Positions 11,421-22,957 of a stretch of 64,000 bases of DNA are shown here, piece by piece. Source of the DNA: Schizochytrium sp. TIO01. Taxonomy: Eukaryota > Protista > Bigyra: Labyrinthulomycetes. The translations under genes were made by a program, and so were the position numbers. The stretch's first letter is position 1. Each line of letters opens with the position of its first letter. Where the stretch lies: positions 2,294,001 to 2,358,000 of the forward strand of contig SMSO01000025.1 of NCBI GenBank assembly GCA_004764695.1, in the 5' to 3' direction. Under the pieces are notes generated by a model that saw only the letters and a list, made by a program, of their open reading frames with translations, was not told where the DNA came from and did no database searches.

Positions 11421-13524
11421 AGAAGATGAATCTTGTGCAGCAGTTTTGTCTGCCTTTCATAATTATTGAACTATTATGTATTTATTCGACGACTTCTATA
11501 GTTACTCATGAAGTATCCCATAGAAATATTAGAGCTGCGGATGCATCCTGGTATGTGGATTTTGAAGTAGTATAGAAGCATTCCATCTAACAACATCGGT
11601 CAGACGTTGCGACGATGCCTGGTCCTTTGAGAATCTCTTAGATGTGTAACCAATTCGTAGTCGTTCAGTGAGATTGAATCTGAATCGCTACGGAGGAAAT
11701 GCAATTATTTCCCTGTACGTTCAGTTATATAAGATGTCGGGCAGGGCACTCTCTATTTAAAACGAGAGTTAGTTACCTTTTAGGCAAGCCAACAAATAGA
11801 ATAAAATAGGACAAGACTGTGTTTGATCTATTTAATCTGTATAAGAGACAGGGCATTGAAGAAAAGAAAGGGGGCATCAATCTGGTAGCCTCGCCGAAAA
11901 AAATGCTCCGTGGCTCCGACTCCTACAAAAATAACCGAAAAGGTTTCATGATGGGCAAATAGAGCACACCTAGGAAAGTGCTGACGATATACCAATTCAA
12001 GAGCAGGTATGGTATTCAAGAGAAGGCATCCTTGAAAGAATGTGTTTCGGAACCAAAGATAGGGTCAAAAGCTTGTTTCAGAGCATTTGCTAATTTCGTA
12101 AACTACCCCTAGATCAAGCATTTCGTAGAGCTTTACGAGCTGAAGATTCTGCATCCCGATCGTGTTAGCGAGGGTTCACGCGCAAGATATGTGTTATAGA
12201 TTGGGACATATATATAGATTAACAGAACCAATATACTTGCTTCGATTCTTTTTGAACCTATATATAATGTGACATTTGTGAGCATCGTTCAACTACGCGC
12301 TGTCACACCTTAGTACGTAAGAATGCGCAAGAAAGATTTCTTTTTTGTATACCTGGGTGTAACATTACACTTCTAACGAGCCGTTACTGCTCTTTGGTCG
12401 ATGAAGTCGCAACGTAGGTAACGCAATCGAAGTGCCAGCTGTACAGGAGTATTGCATATGTATATATAGAAGCATAAAAGATGAGACATCATGAACTTTC
12501 CTATTCTGCAATGATCAATATGCATAGTGAAGGAAAGCATGGAAGGCATCATAGGCCAGATTGTCCGGTACCTTTCTTTTCTCTGTTTTTTTTTTTTTTT
12601 CGTTTTTATACGTATTTCTGAAGTAGGCAGTACCTACCTACTGCTGGAAAGTTACCATGCTCAGTTCTTTATTGAAATCCTTATCCTTGTGCCCTCCAAT
12701 AAGCTAATTGCGAACCATTAGTGCCTGCTATCTCGGACATTATTGCACGTCCTGCAAGGCATAGGTCTTGATACATCTGTAACCGTGCAGCTCCGGAGTC
12801 ATGCCTCCGGCGTGATTACCTTAGAATCCAACTTAGTCTTAAGCCGAGGTTAAGCAGTTGGCACAGTAGTCTCAACCTACCAGACAACGGCTCGGAGGAT
12901 TCTAGTTTAAAGCATAGACGTCAAGTTGGGACAACTTGTGGAAATGTCGAAATCGGGAAGGTAGAAAAGAGGTATTAATGGCTTTTGGGAAAGCTTCAAA
13001 TAATGATATAGTTCAATTCATCAGAAAATTCTATAGAGCTTCTGAATACAAAGTCATATCTCCCAAGTTTCATATTTCAAATTGTAATATGCAAGGGATA
13101 AACTTGAATGTAAATGTGTCAATGAGTCAATGTGATTTCTGTAGGGGAGGCCTAGTAGCTTTAGTAGCCGTAGTAGACAAGTGTTATTAGTTTTTGTTAG
13201 TTTGCGTGGGGCCAGGCGTGAGCAGAGTGGTAAGTTTGTAATCGGCATGACAATTGTACCACCAACTTGTAGTTTTACAAATCACACTAAGACAAAGACT
13301 TTCAGGGCAGAATATTTCATCTCTCAAACTTAAGACTTTAAAAGGGACGCTTATACGAAGCAATGCTATAACTAGTAACGTGCGCAGCTCTAAAAGAAGA
13401 GTAGGTCCTTTGCCACATGTGCTTCTGCTGGAGATAAAATTTGTGGAATACAAACTCCAAACAGGAATATCATAAAAACAACTCTCGACTATTTCGAAGC
13501 TGTTTACGGGGTACCACATGAGTT

Positions 13525-15618
13525 ATGGTATTGGTTTGGTGGATTCTCATTTTGTCTTGGACGTGTGCTGTCCAACTTGTGAATGCAAGAGATGACTTTG
13601 CGCGAGGAAATTGTGTGCTGTACACAAGCAGTGGCAACGGAACGGGCTTTTGCGATGAAGTTTTACAAGGGCGGCAGTACATGCTTGGAGAAGCCCTTGA
13701 CTTCGCAAGCGTAGAGGCGGGTCTTTCTCTCTATGCAGAAGAAATTCTTGAGAATATTCCTGATAGCTCTGAATGTGGAGCTGCGCTAAAAAAAGCCTTA
13801 TGTTTAGCAAATTTCATGCCTTGTGACATTGCGTCTCAGGAGCCACGTAAACTTTGTAAATCATCGTGTAAACAATTATCAAACCACTATTGTCCAGGCA
13901 TTGGAGCTTGGAATGAATCGATGTCAGTGCTTGACTGCGACGGCACAGTGGAGGGAAATGATCTTCTATATCTTCACTATCCACGTGATCTCGGCCCAAC
14001 TTTTGCTTTCGCCCATGATAAAGAAACCATATATCGCTCACACGATCACTTAAGTGTTTGCATTGATCTTGACCAAGATCTCGAAAACATTACACTGTAC
14101 GAAGAAAGATTTGTGTGTCCTGAGCCTTTTCTGACAAGGCACTATCCGGCACTCAAGCAATACGGTGAAGTGGGGTTTTCTACTCCAGATGATTCTTCAT
14201 ATTGTAGCACACTAGACAAGAATAACATGCACGACCCAGCTAGATGCTTTGTTGCTTGCGAGTTACCATGCCCATATGGTTATACATTGCCTCAATATTA
14301 TGGGTTATGGATTGCGGAATGGCTCCCCGGCGTTATTAGCATTCCCTTTAATATTGCAATTATTCGTACCGAGTCGCGACGAATTCGACGCCGGAAAAAA
14401 AGATTTGCTCTAACTCGATGGCGATTTGTTTTGCAGAGTTACATGATTCACGACGCAGGTATTATTTCTTTGGGGATAGCGCTTATAGGCAGTGTCCCTT
14501 CGCTGATTTTAGGTCCAGGGATACGTTGCGCAGGGTATGATACATATTCGTTGTATACCAATGTGGATGGCTCACCTTATTGCAAGTTTGGATTGTTGCG
14601 TGAAGACTTAACCCTAGCACTTTTATGTTTTCTACTGACTATGCTGTACTTTACATTTTCGCAAGTCAGCGCCATGCAACATGGAAAGGCACTTTCAGCG
14701 CCTCGACGACGTGCATCAATCATGTCCAAAGTACGAACATATGCACTTCCTGTCTTGCTGGCGATTGCAACTTTATGTTTACAGGGTGATGCACTCTATG
14801 GTGCCTCTGTTGCGTATCGAGTAAGGCATGGTGGAGGCATTGAGGGAACATCTGAGTACACGCTTCATACTTTACGTTATCAATTTGCCTGTGGCTCTTA
14901 CTTTCGTGAGAAATGGCAAGAAAATCTCCTTGTCAATGCACCTATCTTAGTTGTGAGCTTTTTGGTTTTCTGGTTCTGTGGGCAAATTCTTCAGCGAATT
15001 TATCATCTCCACGGAAGTCTTAAGGTAAGTGCAGGTTCCACAGCCGTGGCTTTTCGCGCTCTCAATCGTGTTGCAGGTTCTGGACTTCGTCTAGCAATGT
15101 TCATGGTCCCCTTATTGGTGCTCCACTCTTTGGAGGTGTTCTTAATTTACAAAACATCTCCAATGGAGGATATCGCAATGGCGGTTGCATATCGAAACGC
15201 GTGTGACAAGTATCTTGCAAATTCTTCTAGTGTGGACTTCACTACATATGAAACTGCATGGACGACCAAAATTATAGCAGACTCTTCGTTTAAACCTGCA
15301 AGTTTTTGTACCGAAGTCGTTAACAGCTTTCCAGCGTACAGCAATCTAGTATTACTTACTTTAACTCGCTCTCTGCCTGCATTGATTTTTGCATTTAGCT
15401 TCAAAACCAGCCTGAAGTCCATGTTAAAGTCGTTTTGCAAAAAGAAGCATCATTTGATGGGCGCTAATCCTTTAACACGTCGTAGGTGGAAGCAGAGTCT
15501 ATCAACATCGACCTCGTCCCGGATTCATCCAACGAGCTTAACCTCTGAGGATAACATCAATGAACCAGTCCGGCCGATGGCTAAACACAACGCCAGGAAT
15601 AGCCACAGCATAGATTAA
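13525..15618 (+). CDS. Frizzled/Smoothened-like 7TM receptor (signal peptide + FZ-type cysteine-rich domain + TM region)
   Basis: Signal peptide. Cys pattern C...FC...EC...ALC...FMPC...LCKSSC...C...DC typical of an FZ CRD. Linker CELPCP, about 7 hydrophobic segments, basic cytoplasmic tail. Confidence 0.75.
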   Translation: MVLVWWILILSWTCAVQLVNARDDFARGNCVLYTSSGNGTGFCDEVLQGRQYMLGEALDFASVEAGLSLYAEEILENIPDSSECGAALKKALCLANFMPCDIASQEPRKLCKSSCKQLSNHYCPGIGAWNESMSVLDCDGTVEGNDLLYLHYPRDLGPTFAFAHDKETIYRSHDHLSVCIDLDQDLENITLYEERFVCPEPFLTRHYPALKQYGEVGFSTPDDSSYCSTLDKNNMHDPARCFVACELPCPYGYTLPQYYGLWIAEWLPGVISIPFNIAIIRTESRRIRRRKKRFALTRWRFVLQSYMIHDAGIISLGIALIGSVPSLILGPGIRCAGYDTYSLYTNVDGSPYCKFGLLREDLTLALLCFLLTMLYFTFSQVSAMQHGKALSAPRRRASIMSKVRTYALPVLLAIATLCLQGDALYGASVAYRVRHGGGIEGTSEYTLHTLRYQFACGSYFREKWQENLLVNAPILVVSFLVFWFCGQILQRIYHLHGSLKVSAGSTAVAFRALNRVAGSGLRLAMFMVPLLVLHSLEVFLIYKTSPMEDIAMAVAYRNACDKYLANSSSVDFTTYETAWTTKIIADSSFKPASFCTEVVNSFPAYSNLVLLTLTRSLPALIFAFSFKTSLKSMLKSFCKKKHHLMGANPLTRRRWKQSLSTSTSSRIHPTSLTSEDNINEPVRPMAKHNARNSHSID

Positions 15619-17574
15619 AAAATAGACTACATAGTACCTCGGTACTGCATTTCATATTGCTCTTTTGTAAAGGTACCTTCCCTACTTACCTACCTACCTA
15701 CTATATCATTTATTTTAAAGTGATCTGCAATTAAAAACCTTTTTTTTTACTACCTCAGTATTACTAGTAGTGTCAGTGCCTAGGTATTTCTGCCTCAAAA
15801 TACATACTTCAAATTGAAGAGGAAAAGCATCTTTGGCCACTCTCACTACCTCTAGAGGTAAGTAGGTAGTGAGAAGCTGCTCCCATCAGCGCTCCTATCA
15901 GCGCTCCTATCAATCCTTTTGCTTAGGTCAAGAAAGTATCAGAACACGATCTCTAGGAATAGTCAATTTTCTACAGTGCTAGGTACTACTGCCTGTGAGC
16001 TTACCTACCAACCTATCGACAAAAGACAATTCAGAAAGATAAATATAAGACTTAAAGAAGATAATGTATAACAAGCAACGACAGTAAGAAAGGTTGAAAG
16101 CTTGTTTGTTTGACAGTTTGCGATTGATCCACAGAACTCACATCTGATATTTGAGATGAAAGGTGCAGGTGCTTTCAACTCGTGGTTCTCCAACCTAAAC
16201 TCGAAGGAAACGCAGAGAGAGCCGCCACAGTTCTAAAAAATTTGGTTGTTGGGTCTTAATCAAAAAGCGTTTGGTACTTTCTCCGTTATTAGTTTTCACC
16301 ATGACTCTTTTCGTAATGTATCTCTGTTCTTTCCTTGTGCTGAAGTTAGTAAACCATTGTAGTAAGTAGACAGGAGCCTGAAGGCCTTCACCTCATGCTT
16401 GATTTCTTCTGTACAGAGGCAGAGGCTTCTCTCATAGTATCCACTGTATCGATCCGTGTCATGGTCACTGCTGGGTGAACAGTAGTAGGCAGACACCCTT
16501 CAAGTCCCTCTCGATTCGGCGCTTTCTCTTTGGCAACAAGCAAGCTTTAATAACTTTGCGTAAGAATGTCTGCATTGCAATTTGCGATTATCGCTTCTCC
16601 ACCCACCGCCAAAGGAGACCTTTTCCCCTTCTTTGCCCCTCAAAACCAACTAATTCTGATACAAACTTTACATGGTCGCACGACTTCACCGGCGACTTCG
16701 GAAACATAGGAGCTAAGTAAGTAGGAGGTAGGCAGGTAACTAAAGGTTTTGGACGAAGAAGCGATCCATCAATTCATAGACAAAGCCATCAAAGAACGCG
16801 AAGGAAAGCGCGCAAACCAAGCGACTGCAAATGCGTACTATGTTGTATATACATGCATACCAGTAACAAACAAACCAGCTAGCTAGTAAAAGGCATTACT
16901 GCCGATGTCACGAAAGAAGCCAAAGAACTTCGATTTGAAAGGCCTCGACAGGAGAGCACGAGCTTCATTTATGCGTATGTATGTATATATGTATGTCTGT
17001 ATGTACAAATAATCCTCGATGGGCTTATTGAACGCAACGACGTCAAGTCCTCGTAGAGAAGTAAGTAAGTAAGGAAGTGAGTGAGTGAGTTTTCATGTTC
17101 TGTCGATGAAGGGTAAACAGAAAAGAAAAGGCAGCATCATCATTACTTTGATGGTCTCATGAAAATAGCCTACCAGTAAGAGGTAGAAAAATGCAATGAA
17201 TGCATCCTTGCGTTTCCCATGACCTTGACGCAAAACCTTGATGAATTGACGAATACCCGTGCAGGATAGAATGCAAGTCTAGGATACTGACGCCAAAGTC
17301 GATACTATCGAAGTTCATTGATGAGAAACTTCAATTTATTTTTATTTTTATTTATTATAAATGGATGTGTTAGCTATCTATGTATTACATCTCTTATTCC
17401 ATCTTACATTTTCTCTTCAAAGCCAACGTGTAGTAGAACCACTTCGCAGCTCCGAAGCAGTCTCGCTGCGCAAGTTATCTCGCACACATACGTGCCGTGC
17501 TCGAGCTTAACTTTCGCCCTCGTGCCCACTTCCTTTGTCTTATCTCCAAACCTCAAAGCTTTCCATCTTCCGTC

Positions 17575-18462
17575 ATGCTCAAGATCGACTGCGTCAGTGT
17601 GGCGAATCGCGTGTTGGCCCGCGCTCGCCAACGCGTGGAGGGATTGGACCTTTCCTCTAAGCGTGTCTGCGCCGTCCAGATTGGCAGTGAACAACAGGCG
17701 TGGTACGTGAATGCCCGTCGTCATGCTCAGCGTACTGCGTTTCGTGAGCTTGGCGTTTCGTGGGAGCACAAGCAAATGTCATCTGCCTGCACCGTGAACG
17801 AGGCCTTGAGCACAATTGCCGCTCTCAATAACGACACCTCTGTTGCCGGCGTCGTTGTCGTTCGTCCTGTTCCTGATTCCCTGCCCATCAAGCTTTTGCA
17901 GCAGGCTGTGCACCCTCTCAAGGACATCGAAGGTATGCACCCGAACTCCATCGGCCGCGTGGTCTATGGCAGCAAGCTTCAGGGCGCCATCCTTTGGCCT
18001 TGTACTGCTAAGGCCTCAGTTGAGGTCCTTCGTCAAGGTCTCCTCGATGCCGAAGGCCGTGATTCTCTTCAAGGTGTTGAAGTTCTCGTTGCTGGCAACT
18101 CTGACGTCCTTGCCAAGCCCGTAGTTTCCATCCTTCATGGCGAGGGTGCTACTGTGACCATTTGCCCACCGAATGTCGCCAACTTCGCTGCGTACACGAG
18201 ATCTGCCGACGTTGTAATTGCGAGCTCTAACTTGGGTTTCAAGGCGCTCCACGGAGATATGCTGAAGCCGGGAGCCATCTTGATCGATTTGGGAATGAAT
18301 GTGTCTGATGGCATGTTTGAGGGAGGAGATGCGGACTTGGCGTCCTGTGAGGGTCACATTAAAGCATACTCGTCGCTGTCGCATGGCATTGGAAGGGTCC
18401 GGTCGGCAATCATGTGCGACAACCTGGCACAGGCGATTGTAGAGCAGCAGAAGTGGGTCTGA
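17575..18462 (+). CDS. folD: FolD-family methylenetetrahydrofolate dehydrogenase(/cyclohydrolase), atypical active site
   Basis: ATG at 17575. LNND..V.G, HPLKDIEGMHP, PCTA, GATVTIC, ADVVI, MLKPGAILIDLGMN. Confidence 0.85.
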   Translation: MLKIDCVSVANRVLARARQRVEGLDLSSKRVCAVQIGSEQQAWYVNARRHAQRTAFRELGVSWEHKQMSSACTVNEALSTIAALNNDTSVAGVVVVRPVPDSLPIKLLQQAVHPLKDIEGMHPNSIGRVVYGSKLQGAILWPCTAKASVEVLRQGLLDAEGRDSLQGVEVLVAGNSDVLAKPVVSILHGEGATVTICPPNVANFAAYTRSADVVIASSNLGFKALHGDMLKPGAILIDLGMNVSDGMFEGGDADLASCEGHIKAYSSLSHGIGRVRSAIMCDNLAQAIVEQQKWV

Positions 18463-19763
18463 GCGGCGAGGACGCGTGTATAATATACTTGGGTGCTGTG
18501 GCCTACGTTCATTTGTGCGCGCGCGGTTACTTGAGAGAGGCTCAAGTAACGCCAAAGTCAAGAAAGCTGCTGCAAGAATGAAGAAATGCAAAATTAGACA
18601 AAACATAGTAAAACTAAACTAAACGTAGTAAACAAACAAACAAACAAATTACAAACATACCTACCGCTTGGCAAACTATTCATTCGTTTATGCGAGCGAT
18701 TATAAAATGCATGTATGGCGAGGAATGAGGAGGCATAGGCAGAGCTCTTTATCCCTTGCCTATATCCGTCATCATCCATCTTTCTTTTTCCAGTGAAGGC
18801 AAACACTTTGCTTTTTGAACGAGTGTATCAGTCGATGATATTTTTCTAAGACTAATATCCCGCCACATTTAAGACTTGAAAAAATAATCACCTCTCGTTA
18901 GACCAGCTCCTTTATGACTGGAACCATGTGTGTAGTCTGAGTGGATCATATTCTCTTTTAGTTGCGCTGAACAGGTCTGGTACCGGTACTGTCCAACTCC
19001 GTGAGTCACAAATAACTTCGTTATTATTGCAAGTCGTAAAAACTGCTCCCTATGGGTCATCAAGAAGGTGTCTCAGTATAAAATCATGAGTTTACCTTGC
19101 AACCACCTTTCGTTTAATAAGCAGGCTTGGCTTCATGCAGCTAGTGACATTTGTGAAAGTAAATTGTACTACCTAACTAATATCAAGTTTCTTCCTACCT
19201 AGGTAGGAGGTACCTACTGCCTCAATCGATCTCCAAAACTTTGTTCTCTCCAGAACGGGTACGATGCACTACAGCTTAAAGAAAAACATTAAAAGTACAA
19301 GCTGGCTGCAGTAAGCAATGGAATAACATCCGAGCCCGTCCCTTGCCTGGAATATGCTGCTCACCTTCCATTTTATTGCGATGTCACAACTTTAACCTCA
19401 CATTCTTCTGAAGCTATCAGGTAAGTACCTACCTACCTACACACCCTTCGAGCAGCAACAGTGCATAATGGTGGATTGGTGATCATCATGGTTCATGACA
19501 CGAGTGTCCTCGCATTTGTGTGCACGCTCGAGCTAGCATTGAACTATGTTCCAGGCAAGTAAATTGTCACTATTCTAATTAAAGATCACGAAAGCCCAGA
19601 CTCTGGCTTCTGCAACCATAAGCAACCTTGTACCGGTTCTCAGTAGTTAGGCGCCTCTATATAGGTCCATCGACCTGAAGCTTGAAGCTACTCTCACTCT
19701 CCTTCATAATTGTAGTTGCATCTCCAGTGCACTAGGCTTTGCAAAACCTCTCTTCTATGATGT

Positions 19764-19823
19764 CCAAAGTTCTAATATTCAATGTCGAGCCCAAAGTACT
19801 AATATTCAATATCGAGCCCAAAG
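19764..19823. repeat. Short direct repeat, ~2.2 x 27 bp
   Basis: CCAAAGT-(T/A)CTAATATTCAAT(G/A)TCGAGC occurs twice, followed by CCAAAG. Confidence 0.85.
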
Positions 19824-21293
19824 CCGGAAACGTGCTGTTATCGCGAGCTTTCGCGATCACGATGAAATGCCCCATCAATTGCTAACATTGTATTCCCCAA
19901 TACAAAACACCATAAGAAAGAAGTTTGGCCTGTGTATATACATTTCAGCTGGCTGTGCAGGTAATATTGCAATTGTGAGCAGAAACGCCCTCTGCTCGTG
20001 CTGCTTGATGCTGACAAGGCAGGGATAGAGGCACTGTCCTTGAGAAATGAAGTTGTTTTCACGAAGAAGTCGAGATCGCACAGCGTAGCTTGAATTAATC
20101 GATGACAGTTTAATGATTTTTCATTTTCAATATACTTAGGTACTACTGCATATAAAGAAGACTTATCATCATAGGAAAAAGAAAAAGGGAACAAAAATCA
20201 GCAGGTACTAAACAAACAATCTCCGCGAGGAACAGGTAGGTATGGCGGATGAGTCTTTTATAAACCGATCCAAGCCCACTGAGATGGACTCAAGCAAGCA
20301 AGCGGCAGCTTCAAAAGGAAATAAGCTTGCACACCTTTATTTTATACAAACGCACGACCTGAAAAATCACAATGCAAAGAAACTCGAAGATTAGCGGAGA
20401 CGTCTCTACTGCGAAGTATCTAACTCCTAAGCACTGCGAAATATTTCTCAGAACATTGCGCCATCATCGCACACGTGCGCTCTCAGGCCCAGTGGTGGAT
20501 GCCTCACATCCCCACTGGAAATTTCATCCCTCACATACGCGCAATCGTGAGCACGTTCAAGGAATGTGGAGGCGGACGTTGCACACGGCAAATATATGTT
20601 ATGAGGTTAATCCGAGAGGGGTAAAATAAAATTGAGCCCAGTGTGCAATGTTTGAGGCTAACACTCGGGGTAATATAAGCAGTTGGGCCAGCTGGCAGGT
20701 CGTTGAGTAACAGTCGCGACGATCTCTCGCTCTCATATCCATTCCGCAATCACTCACCGCGCAAACCTTCTTTGCGCGTACGTCCCGCTCGGATCGTAAG
20801 TGGACACCACCGTGAATGGATCGCCAACGCCGTAGGACGGTCAACAGCTTGGTGCTTCTTCACGAGCTCTCGCGTGAGCTTGGTACAGCATTGATATCTT
20901 GCCAAGGAGCCGTAGTTTCTTTTCTTCTGTCTGGTTGCTAACTGATTATCATGACGTTAGAGGATATCGTGCACCCTCATGTGGTGGGCACGTGCGGCTC
21001 TCTGCTTGACGATGGGGCTCATGTGACTGTTGCTGTTGAAGTCAAGAAGAAGCTAGAAGAGGCAAATGTTGGAATACATAATTTCACCAACAGACGGGGA
21101 AATAGCAGAGGACTGACACTGAATACATTTTGCTTTTGACGAATTTGTTGTTGTGTGAACGCGTTGATGCTATCGCTCTTGCGTGCTTATATGTCTCCAT
21201 ATTTATTTGATTGTGCGAATTAAAAATGGATGGGCGATGAATATACAATTGTGGAAATGAATACCTTTATGTCGACAGACCTAACAAGCCAAA

Positions 21294-22561
21294 ATGGGCC
21301 TCGGACAGCTTTTCTACAACCCCAACCTTGACTGGCACGCCAATGCCGTCATCTGGTGGACCTGGGAGTCTATTGTGCACCACATGTACTTCATTGTCCT
21401 CTTCGTAAGTTAAAGACTTGAAATATTAGTGGTGGTGTCAAGGGCAACTTAGGCTACTTGAAATCGCTCGAAGTGAACTGTCGTGCATACTGACACTGTT
21501 TGCGGGTCTAAAATAATTCTTTATAATAAACAGGTCCAGCGCCAGTTCTCCAAGACCTGGGAGACTGGTGAACTCTGTAAGTGCTATCCTCATTCACAAT
21601 TGTTTTTGTATCTGATTGGCATCTAACGCAAAATGCAACGCATAAAATGTAATCCTTTCAATATAACAGGGCGTCTCAACATGGAGAAGGAGTGCGCCTT
21701 CTTTTCCAACCTCTTCGTAAGTGAAAAGATGTTTGTTGGTTTTGCTTTTCAGTCAAACCAAAATTGAAATACAGGACTAACACATTCTCCTTCATTTCTT
21801 GTATGCATGATGTCACCTAAAACTGCTCTGGATATGTTCAATGGGATTTCAACAAATAGGGTGGCGATGCCCGCCTCTGTGCTGATTCCACTATGACCCT
21901 GTTCTCCGGAATCTGGTTCGACACCGATAAGCCTACCCCTGAGCAGAAGAACTGGGTTGGCCGCATGGTGACCAACTTCCAGCACAGTGAGGCTATTCTG
22001 CACTTTACCATTGTCATCTTTGGACTCATCATGGTGTTCTACCTTGCTTTCCAGAACAAGAACGTTAAGGCCCCCGCCCTTATCCGCTGGATCTTCTTCG
22101 CGGCCCTCTTCTTCGAGACCTACACCATGTGCTGGCCGTACCTCTTCCTCTTTGGCTGGGCCTGGGATGGTGTCACCCCGAACCCGCGTAACACTATTGT
22201 TGATACCCTTGTTTCTCTCGGCTCTGAGGACCCGTACATGGATGGCATCCAGATGGGTGCCTCCCTCATCACCATGTTCTGGGTTTCTGTCATTGTCCTC
22301 ATCCTCGACGGCTGGGCCATGTACCGCGCTGGTGAGTACGCCATGGGACGCTCTATGTCCTCTCTCATGCTCCAGTGGCTCATCTACGGTGTCACCACCT
22401 CTTACTTCTTCTACTACGCCAACGAGTTCTTCAAGCCCGGTGCTCGCGGCTCTGAGGGCACGGCTACTCTTGCTACTCAGACTCTTGACTGGCTCCACGG
22501 CCTCTACGGCAACGAGGGTCACATCTCTATGCTCGACGTGGCTAACCTGCACAAGAAGTAA
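21294..22561 (+). CDS. Unknown multi-pass membrane protein, 300 aa, 4 coding exons (21294-21404, 21534-21576, 21670-21716, 21860-22561); weak EXPERA/EBP resemblance
   Basis: Three GTAAGT...YAG introns join in frame (111+43+47+702 nt) and run into ORF 21893..22561. Start context aaaATGG. Strong C-ending codon bias. About 5-6 hydrophobic helices. Confidence 0.85.
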
Positions 22562-22957
22562 AAGTAAACAAGGAAAAACGAATATGCTACACAAGAACTT
22601 AGTATCTGATTGCAATGGCTTTTATTACTACGTGTGATCTCCACTGCATGAACAATCACAACAAGATCGGATCTACTAATCTTATTTTCTTTCTTCTTGG
22701 CATAGAAATATCAACCCTTACTGCATCATTTTAGAACTTCACAAGTAATAGTTAGCACTTGCAGCAGTCGTTGCAAATGCTAGTTTCAAGCTCTGCATTG
22801 CATCACGTGATTTGAGCATAGCTAGTAGAGGGTTGGAAATAATGTTTCCCTTTTAAGAGCTCGATGGAATGGATATCCTTGACTCTCACTTCCATGCATT
22901 CTTGTTAATCCAACATATTGCTAAAAAGCATATGCGTTTCTCTTTCATTCTCATAAA

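Noticed and set aside
20951-21139. 62-aa ORF upstream of the membrane protein gene
   Set aside because: No recognisable motifs; probably within a 5'-UTR intron.
21749-22637. Long overlapping ORFs 21749..22615(-) and 21987..22637(+)
   Set aside because: Shadow ORFs caused by the strong codon bias of the real membrane-protein exon.
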